DNA of 64,000 nucleotides from an uncultured delta proteobacterium. Lineage in GTDB: Bacteria; Desulfobacterota; Desulfobacteria; Desulfobacterales; B30-G6. The stretch is taken from the NCBI GenBank assembly GCA_963823335.1, contig CAWGLD010000001.1, forward strand, positions 1,696,001-1,760,000. Reading direction: 5' to 3'. Below are positions 8,930 to 18,720 of the stretch, piece by piece. How positions within the stretch are numbered: position 1 is the stretch's first letter; each line of letters starts with the position of its first letter. The notes under the pieces are model-generated. The model was not told the origin of the DNA. It searched no databases and worked only from the letters and a program-made list of their open reading frames with translations. The translations under genes were made by a program, and so were the position numbers.

Positions 8930-11900
8930 GTAGTATTCCTGCAGGCAGTTATAGGTCATGGGCTGCTGACGCATCATTTTCAGACCACGTACGATGGCTT
9001 CGGCCGCGGACAGGGTGGTGATGACCGGAACCCGGTATTTGGTGGCAGCCCACCCGATGGCGAATTCATCGGAGCGGGCCCGCTGGCCCAAAGGGGTATT
9101 GATGATCAGATCGATACTGCGGTTCTTGATGTCGTCCACCACATTGGGCCGACCTTCGCTGGCTTTCAAAACTTCTGTTACGGCAATGCCCCTGTCGGCG
9201 ATGTAGGTCGCCGTTCCCCTGGTGGCCACCAGCTTGTAATTCATCTTCTGCAGACCGGCGGCAATGGGCACGATTCGCGGTTTGTCATTGTCGTTGACGC
9301 TCAGGAACACGGTGCCGGATTCGGGCACGGTGATACCGCTGGATAGAAAGGCCTTCATGACAGCCTCGCTGAAGGTCGGTGCTATGCCCATGACCTCGCC
9401 GGTGGACCGCATTTCCGGACGCAGGTATATATCGGCCTTGTCAAAGCGCTCAAAGGGGAAAACAGATTCCTTGACGGCGACATAGGCCGGTCGATCCCGA
9501 AAACTGACCTTGAACCGCTCTAACGATTGACCGGCCATGACCTTGACGGCAACCTTGGCAATGGGATTTCCCGTAGCCTTACTGACAAACGGGATCGTTC
9601 TGGATGCCCGGGGGTTGACCTCGAGGACATAGAGCGTATCGAACAGGATCGCAAACTGAATGTTGATCAGGCCCTTTACTTTCAGGGCCTTGGCCAGCAG
9701 GCGGGTATATTCCTTGATATCCTGCAACTGGTTCATGCTCAAAAGATAGGGCGGCAGGACAGCCATACTGTCACCGGAGTGTACGCCCGCTTCTTCAATA
9801 TGCTGCATGATGCCGCAGATTTTCGTGATTTTGCCGTCGGATACGGCATCGACATCAAACTCGTAGGCATCCTCAAGGAATCGATCCAGCAAAACAGGGT
9901 GTTCCTCAGAAGCGCTGACGGCATTTTGCATGTACTGTTTCAGGGATTCGGTGTTATAGACAATTTCCATGGCCCGGCCTCCCAGAACATACGAGGGCCT
10001 GACAACCAGCGGGAATCCGATTTTGTGACCCACATGCATGGCAGCGTCGATAGAGGTGGCAGTTCCATATTGAGGGTGCGGAATGTCCATTGAATCCAGG
10101 AGAGCCCCGAAACGATCACGATCTTCCGCCAGGTCGATGGAATCCGGTGATGTACCCCAGATCGGCACACCCGCTTTTTCCAGGGCCAGGGCCAGCTTCA
10201 AGGGTGTCTGCCCTCCGAACTGAACGATGACACCCAACGGTTTTTCGAGTTCGATCACATCCAGGACATCTTCATAGGTCAAGGGTTCGAAATAGAGCTT
10301 GTCAGCCACATCGTAGTCCGTGCTGACGGTCTCCGGATTACAGTTGATCATAATAGCTTCGATTCCCAGTTCTTTCAGGGCCAGGATGCCGTGAACACAG
10401 CAATAATCGAATTCAATCCCCTGGCCTATGCGATTGGGACCGCCGCCTAGAATGATGACCTTATTGTTTTCTGAAGGAATGGACTCATTCTCGGGATCAT
10501 AGGTGGAATAATAATAGGGTGTAAAGGATTCGAATTCGGCCGCACAGGTGTCCACGATTTTATAGGCGGGCAGCACGCCCTTTTCTTTGCGCAGGCTGCG
10601 AATATCAAGCTCGGTCTTACCGGTCAGCAGGGAGAGGTGCTTGTCAGAAAAACCAAAGCGCTTGGCTTTTCTGAGAGTTTCCGGTGCAAAGGTCTGGAGC
10701 TCTTTATAGGTTTGGGACAGGTGCTTTTCAACGTCGACCAGCTGTTGAAGATTTTCCAGGAACCAGATATCGATGCCGGATACGGTCGATATTTCCTTGG
10801 GGCTGATGCCGTTGAAGAGGGCTTGCCAGATCTTCAGGATACGATCCGGTGTTCCCCATCTCAGGTCATCCATCAAATCATCATGGGTGAGCTGGTCGTA
10901 AGAGAAGTTCCCATGGGCATGAAAACCCGACCAGCCGTTTTCAAGGGACCGCAGGGTCTTGTTCAAAGCCTCTTTGAAGGTCCGACCGATGCCCATGGCT
11001 TCACCCACCGACTTCATCTGCGACGTCAGGCGGTGGTCGTTCCCGGGGAATTTTTCGAAGTCCCATCGGGGGATCTTGACCACAACATAATCGATGGCGG
11101 GTTCAAAACAGGCCGGTGTTTTTCTGGTAATATCATTGGGAATTTCATCCAGGTGGTATCCGATGGCGAGCTTGGCGGCAATCTTGGCAATGGGAAACCC
11201 GGTGGCTTTGGATGCCAGGGCGGAGCTTCGGGATACCCGTGGGTTCATTTCGATGACCACCATTTCACCGGTTTTCGGGTTGAGCCCGAACTGGATATTG
11301 GCCCCTCCGGTTTCAACACCGATTCTGGTCACGATTATTTTGGCTGCATCCCGCATGGCCTGGTATTCCGCATCGGTCAAGGTCTGGGCCGGGGCAACCG
11401 TGATGCTGTCTCCCGTATGAATGCCCATGGGGTCGAAATTTTCGATGGAACACACGATCACAAAATTATCGGCCGCATCCCGCATGACTTCCAGTTCGTA
11501 TTCTTTCCATCCCAGGATGGACTGTTCGATCAAAATTTCCTTGACCGGGCTGGCGTTCAGCCCCCACTGGGCTGCCTGGGGAAATTCTTCTTTGTTGTAG
11601 ACAACACTTCCGCCGATACCTCCGAGGGTGAACGCAGGTCTGATGATCAGCGGAAAACCGATGGTGGCGGCCAGTTTCTCTGCCTCCTCCATGGTGTGTA
11701 CGCAGCCCCCATCGGGAACGTTCAGACCGATCTCCTTCATGGCATTGCGAAAAAGATCCCTGTCTTCCGCCAGTTGGATGGTTTCCAGATTGGCGCCGAT
11801 GAGTTCTACACCGTACCGATCCAGGACCCCGCTTTGGGCCAGCTCGACGGCCAGGTTCAGACTGGTTTGACCACCGATTGTGGGCAGCAGCGCATCAGGG

Positions 11901-12145
11901 CGTTCTTTTTCGATGATTTTGGCGATGACATCGGCCTGTAAGGGTTCGATATACGTTCGATCCGAAAATTCCGGGTCCGTCATGATGGTGGCGGGATTGT
12001 TGTTGATCAGAATGACGATAAACCCCTCTTCCCGGAGGGCTTTACAGGCCTGGGTGCCGGAATAATCAAATTCGCAGGCTTGCCCGATGACAATGGGGCC
12101 GGATCCGATGACCAATATTCGTTTTAGATCTTTACGTTTTGGCAT
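8915..12145 (-). CDS. carB: Carbamoyl-phosphate synthase large subunit
   Basis: MPKR...[17 protein letters not shown]; duplicated ATP-grasp domains; 1076 aa. Confidence 0.99.
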   Translation of the reverse strand: MPKRKDLKRILVIGSGPIVIGQACEFDYSGTQACKALREEGFIVILINNNPATIMTDPEFSDRTYIEPLQADVIAKIIEKERPDALLPTIGGQTSLNLAVELAQSGVLDRYGVELIGANLETIQLAEDRDLFRNAMKEIGLNVPDGGCVHTMEEAEKLAATIGFPLIIRPAFTLGGIGGSVVYNKEEFPQAAQWGLNASPVKEILIEQSILGWKEYELEVMRDAADNFVIVCSIENFDPMGIHTGDSITVAPAQTLTDAEYQAMRDAAKIIVTRIGVETGGANIQFGLNPKTGEMVVIEMNPRVSRSSALASKATGFPIAKIAAKLAIGYHLDEIPNDITRKTPACFEPAIDYVVVKIPRWDFEKFPGNDHRLTSQMKSVGEAMGIGRTFKEALNKTLRSLENGWSGFHAHGNFSYDQLTHDDLMDDLRWGTPDRILKIWQALFNGISPKEISTVSGIDIWFLENLQQLVDVEKHLSQTYKELQTFAPETLRKAKRFGFSDKHLSLLTGKTELDIRSLRKEKGVLPAYKIVDTCAAEFESFTPYYYSTYDPENESIPSENNKVIILGGGPNRIGQGIEFDYCCVHGILALKELGIEAIMINCNPETVSTDYDVADKLYFEPLTYEDVLDVIELEKPLGVIVQFGGQTPLKLALALEKAGVPIWGTSPDSIDLAEDRDRFGALLDSMDIPHPQYGTATSIDAAMHVGHKIGFPLVVRPSYVLGGRAMEIVYNTESLKQYMQNAVSASEEHPVLLDRFLEDAYEFDVDAVSDGKITKICGIMQHIEEAGVHSGDSMAVLPPYLLSMNQLQDIKEYTRLLAKALKVKGLINIQFAILFDTLYVLEVNPRASRTIPFVSKATGNPIAKVAVKVMAGQSLERFKVSFRDRPAYVAVKESVFPFERFDKADIYLRPEMRSTGEVMGIAPTFSEAVMKAFLSSGITVPESGTVFLSVNDNDKPRIVPIAAGLQKMNYKLVATRGTATYIADRGIAVTEVLKASEGRPNVVDDIKNRSIDLIINTPLGQRARSDEFAIGWAATKYRVPVITTLSAAEAIVRGLKMMRQQPMTYNCLQEYYEKHS

Positions 12146-13244
12146 GGAATTGTTTCATTTCCTCTACAAATTGTTTGAAAAGATAGCGACTGTCGTTGGG
12201 CCCGGGCGATGCCTCGGGGTGATATTGTACCGAGAAGGCCGGCAGGTGTTTGTGTCTGAGACCCTCGAGGGTATTGTCGTTCAAATTGATGTGGGTGATT
12301 TCAATTTCCTCCCGGGGCAGGCTTTCAATATCGACATTGAAGCCATGGTTCTGGGAGGTGATCTCCACCGCCCCGGTGTGCAGGTTTTTTACCGGATGAT
12401 TGGCACCGTGGTGACCGAACTTCAGCTTGACGGTTTTGGCCCCCATAGCCAGGGATAGGATTTGATGCCCCAGACAGATGCCGAAGATGGGTATCCGTCC
12501 CAGAAGATAGCGTGCTGCCGCCACTGCGTATGTCACCGGTTCGGGGTCGCCGGGTCCATTGGAAAAAAAGATGCCATCCGGTTTCCAGGCCAGGATTTCT
12601 TCCGGTGGCGTGTGGGCCGGAAAGATGCGCAACTTGCAGCCGTGATCGTGAAGCGCCCTCAAAATCGAAAACTTGACGCCGAAGTCATAAACGGCCACCC
12701 GGTGGTTGTGTGGGCCGGTTTTGTCGCCAGGGTCTTCAAGGGGCCAGGCATAACTTTCATTGGTGGTAATTTCCTGAACGATATCCCTGCCAACCAGCTG
12801 TTTACTGTCCGCCAGTTGTTTGGCAAGGGCCGACAAGGGTTCATCAGAGGTGGTGATCAGGCCCATTTGAGAGCCATGGTCCCTCAGGTGCCGGGTGATG
12901 GCCCGGGTATCCACATCGCTGATCCCGCCTACACCATGGTGGGTCAAATATTCATCCAGGGATCTGTCGGCTTGCCAGTGACTGACAACCGGGCTGTATT
13001 CCCGAATGATGAAACCTGAGGCGTAGATACGTCGGGATTCAAAATCCATTGGATTGACGCCGTAATTTCCTATCTGGGGGTAGGTCATGACCACCATCTG
13101 AAAATGGTAGGAGGGATCGGTCAGGATTTCCTGATATCCCATCATGGCTGTATTAAAAACCACTTCTCCGATGGCGGTTCCCTCGGCCCCCAGGGAAAGA
13201 CCTTCAAAACAGGTGCCGTCTGCCAGTAGTAGTCTTGCTTTCAT
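12132..13244 (-). CDS. carA: Carbamoyl-phosphate synthase small subunit
   Basis: GEVVFNT, SNGPGDP, GICLGHQ and QYHPE motifs. Confidence 0.99.
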   Translation of the reverse strand: MKARLLLADGTCFEGLSLGAEGTAIGEVVFNTAMMGYQEILTDPSYHFQMVVMTYPQIGNYGVNPMDFESRRIYASGFIIREYSPVVSHWQADRSLDEYLTHHGVGGISDVDTRAITRHLRDHGSQMGLITTSDEPLSALAKQLADSKQLVGRDIVQEITTNESYAWPLEDPGDKTGPHNHRVAVYDFGVKFSILRALHDHGCKLRIFPAHTPPEEILAWKPDGIFFSNGPGDPEPVTYAVAAARYLLGRIPIFGICLGHQILSLAMGAKTVKLKFGHHGANHPVKNLHTGAVEITSQNHGFNVDIESLPREEIEITHINLNDNTLEGLRHKHLPAFSVQYHPEASPGPNDSRYLFKQFVEEMKQFHAKT

Positions 13245-13286
13245 AGTTTTATATTCTCTACTTTACGAATCTGCCCTTTTAGGTGT

Positions 13287-13344
13287 TTAGACTGTCAGGC
13301 TGTTAGACTGTTAGCCGCTAACAGTCTAACAGCCTACAGCCTAA
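13287..13344. repeat. Long hairpin built from inverted octamer tandem repeats
   Basis: TTAGACTG TCAGGCTG TTAGACTG TTAG followed by its near-perfect reverse complement. Confidence 0.8.
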
Positions 13345-13362
13345 CCTCCTTGTGTTTCGATA

Positions 13363-14622
13363 TTAATCTCTCTTGAATTTACTGTAATCCGGCTGACGAT
13401 ACCGGCTTTCACCGCTGCCCTCGATGTCCAGAAGTGCCTCCACCTTCAAGGGCAGACCGAACAGCTGAATAAAGCCGTGGGCATCCTGTTGGTTGTAGAC
13501 ATTGTCTTCCCCAAAGGAAGCGTAATCCTCGCGATACAGGCTGAAAGGACTTTTGCGGCCTGCAATGGTAGCATTGCCCTTGTATAGTTTCATGCGGACC
13601 GTTCCCGTAATCTTATGCTGGGTTGTCTTTACAAAAGCATCCAGGGCTTCCCGAAGCTGCATGAACCACATGCCGTTGTAGACCAGTTCTGCATATTTGA
13701 CGGATACGAAGTCTTTATAGTGCATGGTGTACTTGTCCAGGCAGATACTTTCGAGGGCCTGGTGCGCGCGGTATATGACGGTGCCTGCCGGTGTTTCGTA
13801 AATGCCGCGGCTTTTCATTCCCACCAGACGGTTTTCGACAATATCCACCCGACCGACACCGTGCTGACCGGCAATCGAATTTAAACGGGTGAAAAGTTCC
13901 AGGGCGTTCAGCTTTTCGCCATCAAGGGCAACCGGGTTTCCCTTGTTGAACCCGATTTCAATATAAACGGGTTTATCGGGTGCATCTTCAGGGCTGACCG
14001 TCAATTGAAACATCTCCTTGGCAGGTTCGTTCCAGGGATCTTCGAGGAGACCCCCTTCATGGGAGAGATGGAAAATGTTGCGGTCGCGGCTGTAAATGTC
14101 CTTTTCTGTCTGCTGGATGGGAATGTTGTACTTGATGGCGTATTTGATAGCGTCTTCACGGCTCTTGATTTCCCATTCGCGCCAGGGGGCGATGACCTTC
14201 AATTTTGGGTTCAGGGCCATGATGGTCAACTCAAATCTTACCTGGTCGTTGCCTTTCCCGGTACAGCCGTGGGAAACAGCATCAGCCCCTTCGGCCTCGG
14301 CGACATCCACCAGTTTTTTGGCGATCAGCGGTCGGGCAATAGACGTGCCTAACAGGTACTCGCGTTCGTATACCGCACCGGCCTGCATGGTCGGGAACAC
14401 GTAGTCCACCAGAAATTCTTCGCGCAGATCCATCACCACCAGCTTGCTCGCACCAGATGCAATGGCTTTTTCTTCCAGACCGTGCAACTCTTCATCTTGT
14501 CCCAGGTCGGCAGCGAAGCAGATGACTTCGCAATTTCCATAGTTGTTCTTGAGCCAGGGTACGATCACCGAGGTATCCAGTCCTCCGCTGTAGGCCAGGA
14601 CGACTTTTTTAACCGTTGTCAT
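13363..14622 (-). CDS. argG: Argininosuccinate synthase
   Basis: [22 protein letters not shown] and [16 protein letters not shown] motifs. Confidence 0.99.
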   Translation of the reverse strand: MTTVKKVVLAYSGGLDTSVIVPWLKNNYGNCEVICFAADLGQDEELHGLEEKAIASGASKLVVMDLREEFLVDYVFPTMQAGAVYEREYLLGTSIARPLIAKKLVDVAEAEGADAVSHGCTGKGNDQVRFELTIMALNPKLKVIAPWREWEIKSREDAIKYAIKYNIPIQQTEKDIYSRDRNIFHLSHEGGLLEDPWNEPAKEMFQLTVSPEDAPDKPVYIEIGFNKGNPVALDGEKLNALELFTRLNSIAGQHGVGRVDIVENRLVGMKSRGIYETPAGTVIYRAHQALESICLDKYTMHYKDFVSVKYAELVYNGMWFMQLREALDAFVKTTQHKITGTVRMKLYKGNATIAGRKSPFSLYREDYASFGEDNVYNQQDAHGFIQLFGLPLKVEALLDIEGSGESRYRQPDYSKFKRD

Positions 14623-14639
14623 GATTGCTGCTCCTTTTC

Positions 14640-14674
14640 AAAAAAAAAACCCGGCAATTGCCGGGGGTTTTTGT
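14640..14674 (-). terminator. Attenuator terminator upstream of argG
   Basis: CCCGGC-AATT-GCCGGG hairpin followed by 10 U on the minus strand, just before the argG RBS. Confidence 0.9.
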
Positions 14675-14693
14675 ACTTTTTGGATTTCTACCA

Positions 14694-14780
14694 TTATTCG
14701 TATTTCCACAAAAAACACCCGGGCAGTAAAAGGGTACGACAACGTCGGCGGGTGAAGTTTTGGATCTTATCGGGTGTCAT
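14694..14780 (-). CDS. Putative arginine attenuator leader peptide MTPDKIQNFTRRRCRTLLLPGCFLWKYE
   Basis: AGGAAGG RBS; CGC CGA CGT TGT CGT Arg cluster; ORF overlaps the antiterminator strand. Confidence 0.8.
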   Translation of the reverse strand: MTPDKIQNFTRRRCRTLLLPGCFLWKYE

Positions 14781-14812
14781 GCTGCCTTCCTGACTGAGAT
14801 TAAATCTGGCGC

Positions 14813-14841
14813 AATATGTCAAAAAAGAAAAATCCTGTCAA
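14813..14841 (-). promoter_or_regulatory. Sigma70 promoter of the leader-argG-carAB transcript
   Basis: TTGACA (14841-14836), 17-nt spacer, TGn-CATATT extended -10. Confidence 0.7.
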
Positions 14842-14884
14842 CCATGAAATATATAGGAAGTGCTAAGTGATCTAACGTTGATCC

Positions 14885-14946
14885 AGCACAGAGCTTCAGC
14901 TCTGCTCGTAGACCTTTATTTTTGCAGGTCTGAAGACCTGCGCTAC
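14885..14946. repeat. GTAG-type REP pair downstream of argB
   Basis: AGCACAGAGCTTCAGCTCTGCT and GCAGGTCTGAAGACCTGCGCTAC; compensatory variants of the 7994 REP. Confidence 0.65.
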
Positions 14947-14988
14947 ATTACATGGAAAAACCAGCGCCGGCACACCGGGTATGGGTGT

Positions 14989-15792
14989 CTATCGTTTCAG
15001 GAGCGTGCCGGAGCGGCATTCACCGGCTACAATTTCCTGCAGGGTGGCAATACCTGCCCATTGGATAATGTAAACGGCAGGCACCTGATTTGCCAGCGCT
15101 TTGAACGCCGACGTCATTTTCGCCAGCATGCCTCCCTTGATGGTGCCGTCGGCAATGCGTTCCCGGGCCTGCTGTTCGGAAAGGGTCCGGCAGACAGTCT
15201 CGCCGTCTATGACACCAGGAACATCCGTGATGAACACAAGCCCCATACAGCCGATTTTCGCAGCCAGGGCTGCTGCGGCACTGTCTGCATTGACATTGAA
15301 GCTGCGCTGGTTTTCATCCCCGGAGATGGGTGAAATAACCGGTACACGACCTTTCTTGAGGGCGCGCAGGACAACCTCACCATTGATCTGTTTGATGTCG
15401 CCCACAAATCCATACTGCCTGCCGTCACGGGTCATGGGCTTCACTACAAAGAGCTGTTCGGTTTTCCCAGACATGCGTTGACAGGAGACACCGTTATCCG
15501 TCAGCCAGGACGCGATACGCGTGTTGATGGTTTCGGAGAGAACTTCTTCAATGATGGTCATGTCCTCGGCCTGGGTGACCCTGATGCCATCGATAAACAG
15601 GGTCTCACGGCCATGATCTTGCAGGGCTTTCGATATCTCGGCCCCCCCCCCATGTACGATGATCGTCTCGATATCGGGAACGGCTCTGATAGCCTGGGCC
15701 AGTTCGCGGAAACCGGATTCTTTTTCAAATGCACGCCCACCGATTTTAATCAGCAGTCTGGGGTTCGAGGATTTCAGGTTTCTTGGGCTCAT
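14989..15792 (-). CDS. argB: Acetylglutamate kinase
   Basis: IKIGG, IVHGGG, DGIRVT, NVNAD, TDVPGV and GGMLAK motifs. Confidence 0.93.
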   Translation of the reverse strand: MSPRNLKSSNPRLLIKIGGRAFEKESGFRELAQAIRAVPDIETIIVHGGGAEISKALQDHGRETLFIDGIRVTQAEDMTIIEEVLSETINTRIASWLTDNGVSCQRMSGKTEQLFVVKPMTRDGRQYGFVGDIKQINGEVVLRALKKGRVPVISPISGDENQRSFNVNADSAAAALAAKIGCMGLVFITDVPGVIDGETVCRTLSEQQARERIADGTIKGGMLAKMTSAFKALANQVPAVYIIQWAGIATLQEIVAGECRSGTLLKR

Positions 15793-16099
15793 TGAGTTTC
15801 TTGGGCTATTGGGTTGCTTACGGCTGTTGGCGGTCGTTTTATCTGTCTATATTATCATCGATCATTAGCAAACGCCAGCCCTATAACTGTTGTCATAACA
15901 TGTTCTTTTGGACGTTATTTGCCGGAGCGGTTTCGGATCGTTTTTCTGACAAACGCTCTAAAAAAACTCAACAAACCCAATGAACTCAACGAACAAAGAA
16001 TTTCTCGAATCTTTATGTGTCTTTTGTATTTAAAGTTTCCACGGATGTCAAAGCAGGCTTTCTTTCGAAAGACATTTCTGATAATGACGATACTTGTAT

Positions 16100-16245
16100 T
16101 AGAACCCATCTCAAAAATAAGATTTTGTCCCAAGGTCAAGGCGGTCTCGAGTTTCAACCCGCAGGAATACTGTTGTATTTTGAGGAGTTGAAACGAGAGA
16201 GCAACACAGAAATTGGGACAAAAGACATTTTTGAGATAGGTTATG
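16100..16245 (+). mobile_element. 146-bp MITE-like element, family A, copy 3
   Basis: TAGAACCCATCTCAAAAAT...ATTTTTGAGATAGGTT TIRs; same core as the other copies. Confidence 0.8.
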
Positions 16246-16271
16246 GATAATGTGTACTCAAGGAGAATAAG

Positions 16272-17354
16272 ATGAAAAAATTTGCCGAGACCACCCAGCA
16301 AACCTACGAGGGATGGAAAGAATTTTACGAAAAGCCTGCCGATGAAAAGAACCGGTTTTTCCAGTCGGGCGGTAGATTGATCGACATTATATTTGCTCAG
16401 CAGTTTGACAGATCTTTTTTAGATCGCATGAGCCGGCTGGGGGATATGATTCGACTGCTGGCGAAAACCAAGCTGGGCCAGAACCATCTCAGGCATCTTT
16501 TGCCGCATAAAAGGGCCATGCTGTATTTTTCTCAGCCGTCGACCCGAACGTTTCTTTCATTCCAAAACGCCTGTCACATGCTGGGGCTGAGCGTGTCTGA
16601 AATCCGTGGAACCACCACCAGTTCAGAGGTGAAGGGTGAATCACAGGAGGATACGATACGGACGTTTGCCAGTTATGTGGACCTGATTATTTCACGGCAT
16701 CCGGAAGCCGGATTTGCTGAAAAGACAGCCTGGGTCCTGAATCAAACCGACCGGGCGGTACCTGTTATCAATGGCGGATCAGGACCTGATCAACATCCCA
16801 CCCAGGCGCTGCTGGATATTTACACCCTCGAACGGGAGTTCAGCAAGAACGGCGGATTGGACGGTAAAAAAATTGCCATGGTGGGTGATTTGAAGAGAGG
16901 TAGAACCGTTCGTTCCTTGAGTTATCTGATGAAAAATTATCGGGATGTCGAGCTATATTTCGCTGCTCCGGAAATTTATAAGATGAAAGACGATATCACG
17001 TCTTTCTTGACACGTCATCACATCCCCTACCATGAGACCGAAGACTTTGAAAGTATCATGCCGCTGGTGGATGCCATATACATGACCCGAATTCAGAACG
17101 AATATTCGGAGGACCCAGCCCATGAAGCGGAAACCTATCCTGCTTTTCATTTCAAGAAGGAGCACCTTGACAATATCCAGGCGCACTGTGTCATTCTGCA
17201 CCCGCTGCCCCGGCGCTATGAGATCGATGTGGCCGTGGACAAGGATCCCCGGGCAGCCTATTGGCGGCAGGAACGCAACGGCATGTGGATCCGGGCGGCC
17301 TTGATTGCCTATCTCTTCAAGGTCGAGAGCGAGATTGTGGATGTGTTTTCCTGA
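16272..17354 (+). CDS. pyrB: Aspartate carbamoyltransferase catalytic subunit
   Basis: PSTRT, KGES, HPTQALLD, GDLKRGRTVRSL, TRIQ and HPLPR motifs; AAGGAG RBS. Confidence 0.92.
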   Translation: MKKFAETTQQTYEGWKEFYEKPADEKNRFFQSGGRLIDIIFAQQFDRSFLDRMSRLGDMIRLLAKTKLGQNHLRHLLPHKRAMLYFSQPSTRTFLSFQNACHMLGLSVSEIRGTTTSSEVKGESQEDTIRTFASYVDLIISRHPEAGFAEKTAWVLNQTDRAVPVINGGSGPDQHPTQALLDIYTLEREFSKNGGLDGKKIAMVGDLKRGRTVRSLSYLMKNYRDVELYFAAPEIYKMKDDITSFLTRHHIPYHETEDFESIMPLVDAIYMTRIQNEYSEDPAHEAETYPAFHFKKEHLDNIQAHCVILHPLPRRYEIDVAVDKDPRAAYWRQERNGMWIRAALIAYLFKVESEIVDVFS

Positions 17355-17470
17355 AATAACGGGTTTTAGGTGTTACGTTTTAGGTTTTAGGAAAGCAAAA
17401 GGAAAAGATTTTTCATCACGAAAACACGAAAGTACGAAAACGCGATAAAAGAACCATAGCATCTAATAAA

Positions 17471-17523
17471 ACTGGATTCCCTGCTGCAATTTATCCCGCA
17501 CTTGATGCGGGGCGGGAATGGCA
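17471..17523. repeat. Family D palindromic repeat
   Basis: CTGGATTCCC...CCCGCACTTGATGCGGGGCGGGAATG. Confidence 0.6.
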
Positions 17524-17593
17524 ATCTTGAGTTTTTAACTGACGGAGTAATAGCATAAGGGCCTACCCTCCAACCCTCGGACCCTCCAGCCCT

Positions 17594-18349
17594 TTATAGT
17601 CTACTCACCATCTCCTTCACCGCGGTTTTGGTGAGAGATGCCGTGTCGTAGGGCGATATTCCCGCCAGATCCGCCTCGATCAGCGCATTGTCATAGGGCA
17701 GGGATCCCAGATAATCGAAACCGGCCAGGTGGCGCTTCAGAAAATCCTCATCTTTCTGATTTCTGATTTTATTTCCGACGACTGCAATGTTTTTGAGGCC
17801 GATTTCTGCCGCCAGAAATCGGATATGTTCTGCCGTGTCGATGCTTCTTCGGCCAGGTTCCACAACCACCAGGAGTTTGTCCACCGCCTGGGCCGTGCCT
17901 CTGCCCAGATGTTCGATACCGGCTTCCATGTCCATCACCACCACTTCATCCCTTATGAGAACGATGTGCATCACCAGGGCTTTCAGGAGCGTGCTTTCCG
18001 GGCAGATACATCCGGCGCCGCCTTTTTTGACCCCCCCCAGGCGCATGAGCTTGATATTTTCGAACTTGATGGACAGGGCATCAGGCAGGTCGTCGACTTT
18101 TGGGTTCAACTTGAAAAAACCGCCGATGGTGCCGGGTTTGGCTTCCGTTCTTTCAAAAATGAGGTCTTTCATTTCGGCTATGGGGGTAATGGTTTCAGCT
18201 TTGTCGATGCCGATGGCCGAGGCCAGATTGGCGTCCGGATCTGCATCGATAGCCAGCACATGCCTGCCATCGTCATTGAGGGTTCGTATGAGGAGGGAGG
18301 AAAATGTTGTTTTCCCAACACCGCCTTTTCCGCTGACCGCTATTTTCAT
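17594..18349 (-). CDS. cooC: CooC/AcsF-type nickel-insertion ATPase
   Basis: GKGGVGKT, DADPDANL, GCIC and DMEAGIEHLGRG motifs. Confidence 0.92.
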   Translation of the reverse strand: MKIAVSGKGGVGKTTFSSLLIRTLNDDGRHVLAIDADPDANLASAIGIDKAETITPIAEMKDLIFERTEAKPGTIGGFFKLNPKVDDLPDALSIKFENIKLMRLGGVKKGGAGCICPESTLLKALVMHIVLIRDEVVVMDMEAGIEHLGRGTAQAVDKLLVVVEPGRRSIDTAEHIRFLAAEIGLKNIAVVGNKIRNQKDEDFLKRHLAGFDYLGSLPYDNALIEADLAGISPYDTASLTKTAVKEMVSRL

Positions 18350-18542
18350 GGGGATTCCTTTGCTTTGAAATTTATGTAATCGATAATATAGCCCCCTTAG
18401 GCTGCATCTTGAGCTTACCTGCCTGAGTCATTATATGATAATACAGAATGGACAAATAACAACTCATAATCAAATATCCACAAAGGTTCTTTCCGGTCGG
18501 GGCAAACCCCCCATAACTACCATATTTTGTTATCTTTAAATA

Positions 18543-18573
18543 TTGACACACAACTTGTTGTAGGTTATATAGT
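18543..18573 (+). promoter_or_regulatory. Sigma70-like promoter of the pilus operon with a palindrome in the spacer
   Basis: TTGACA-17-TATATA; ACAAC-TT-GTTGT inverted repeat in the spacer. Confidence 0.5.
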
Positions 18574-18720
18574 CGACTACATTTCAAATGTGCGAACCAA
18601 ATCGTCTGATTTTATGGTCCGGAAGTCCTTTTTTCTGTCCTGACGGACAAAGGGAGAGGTGTATCCGTGACACCTTTTCGGTTATTTGCCGGACGACAGA
18701 GAAGGAGCAGGTCTCAATAA

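Noticed and set aside
10637-11941. 434-aa ORF and similar long antisense ORFs
   Set aside because: Shadow frames opposite conserved genes such as carB; no recognisable motifs
15947-15960. IS-like end TAGAGCGTTTGTCA on the minus strand
   Set aside because: No partner inverted repeat or transposase found
18495-18512. GGCAAACC resembling a c-di-GMP-I riboswitch
   Set aside because: Only a short hairpin; the remaining GEMM elements are absent and it lies upstream of the pilus promoter
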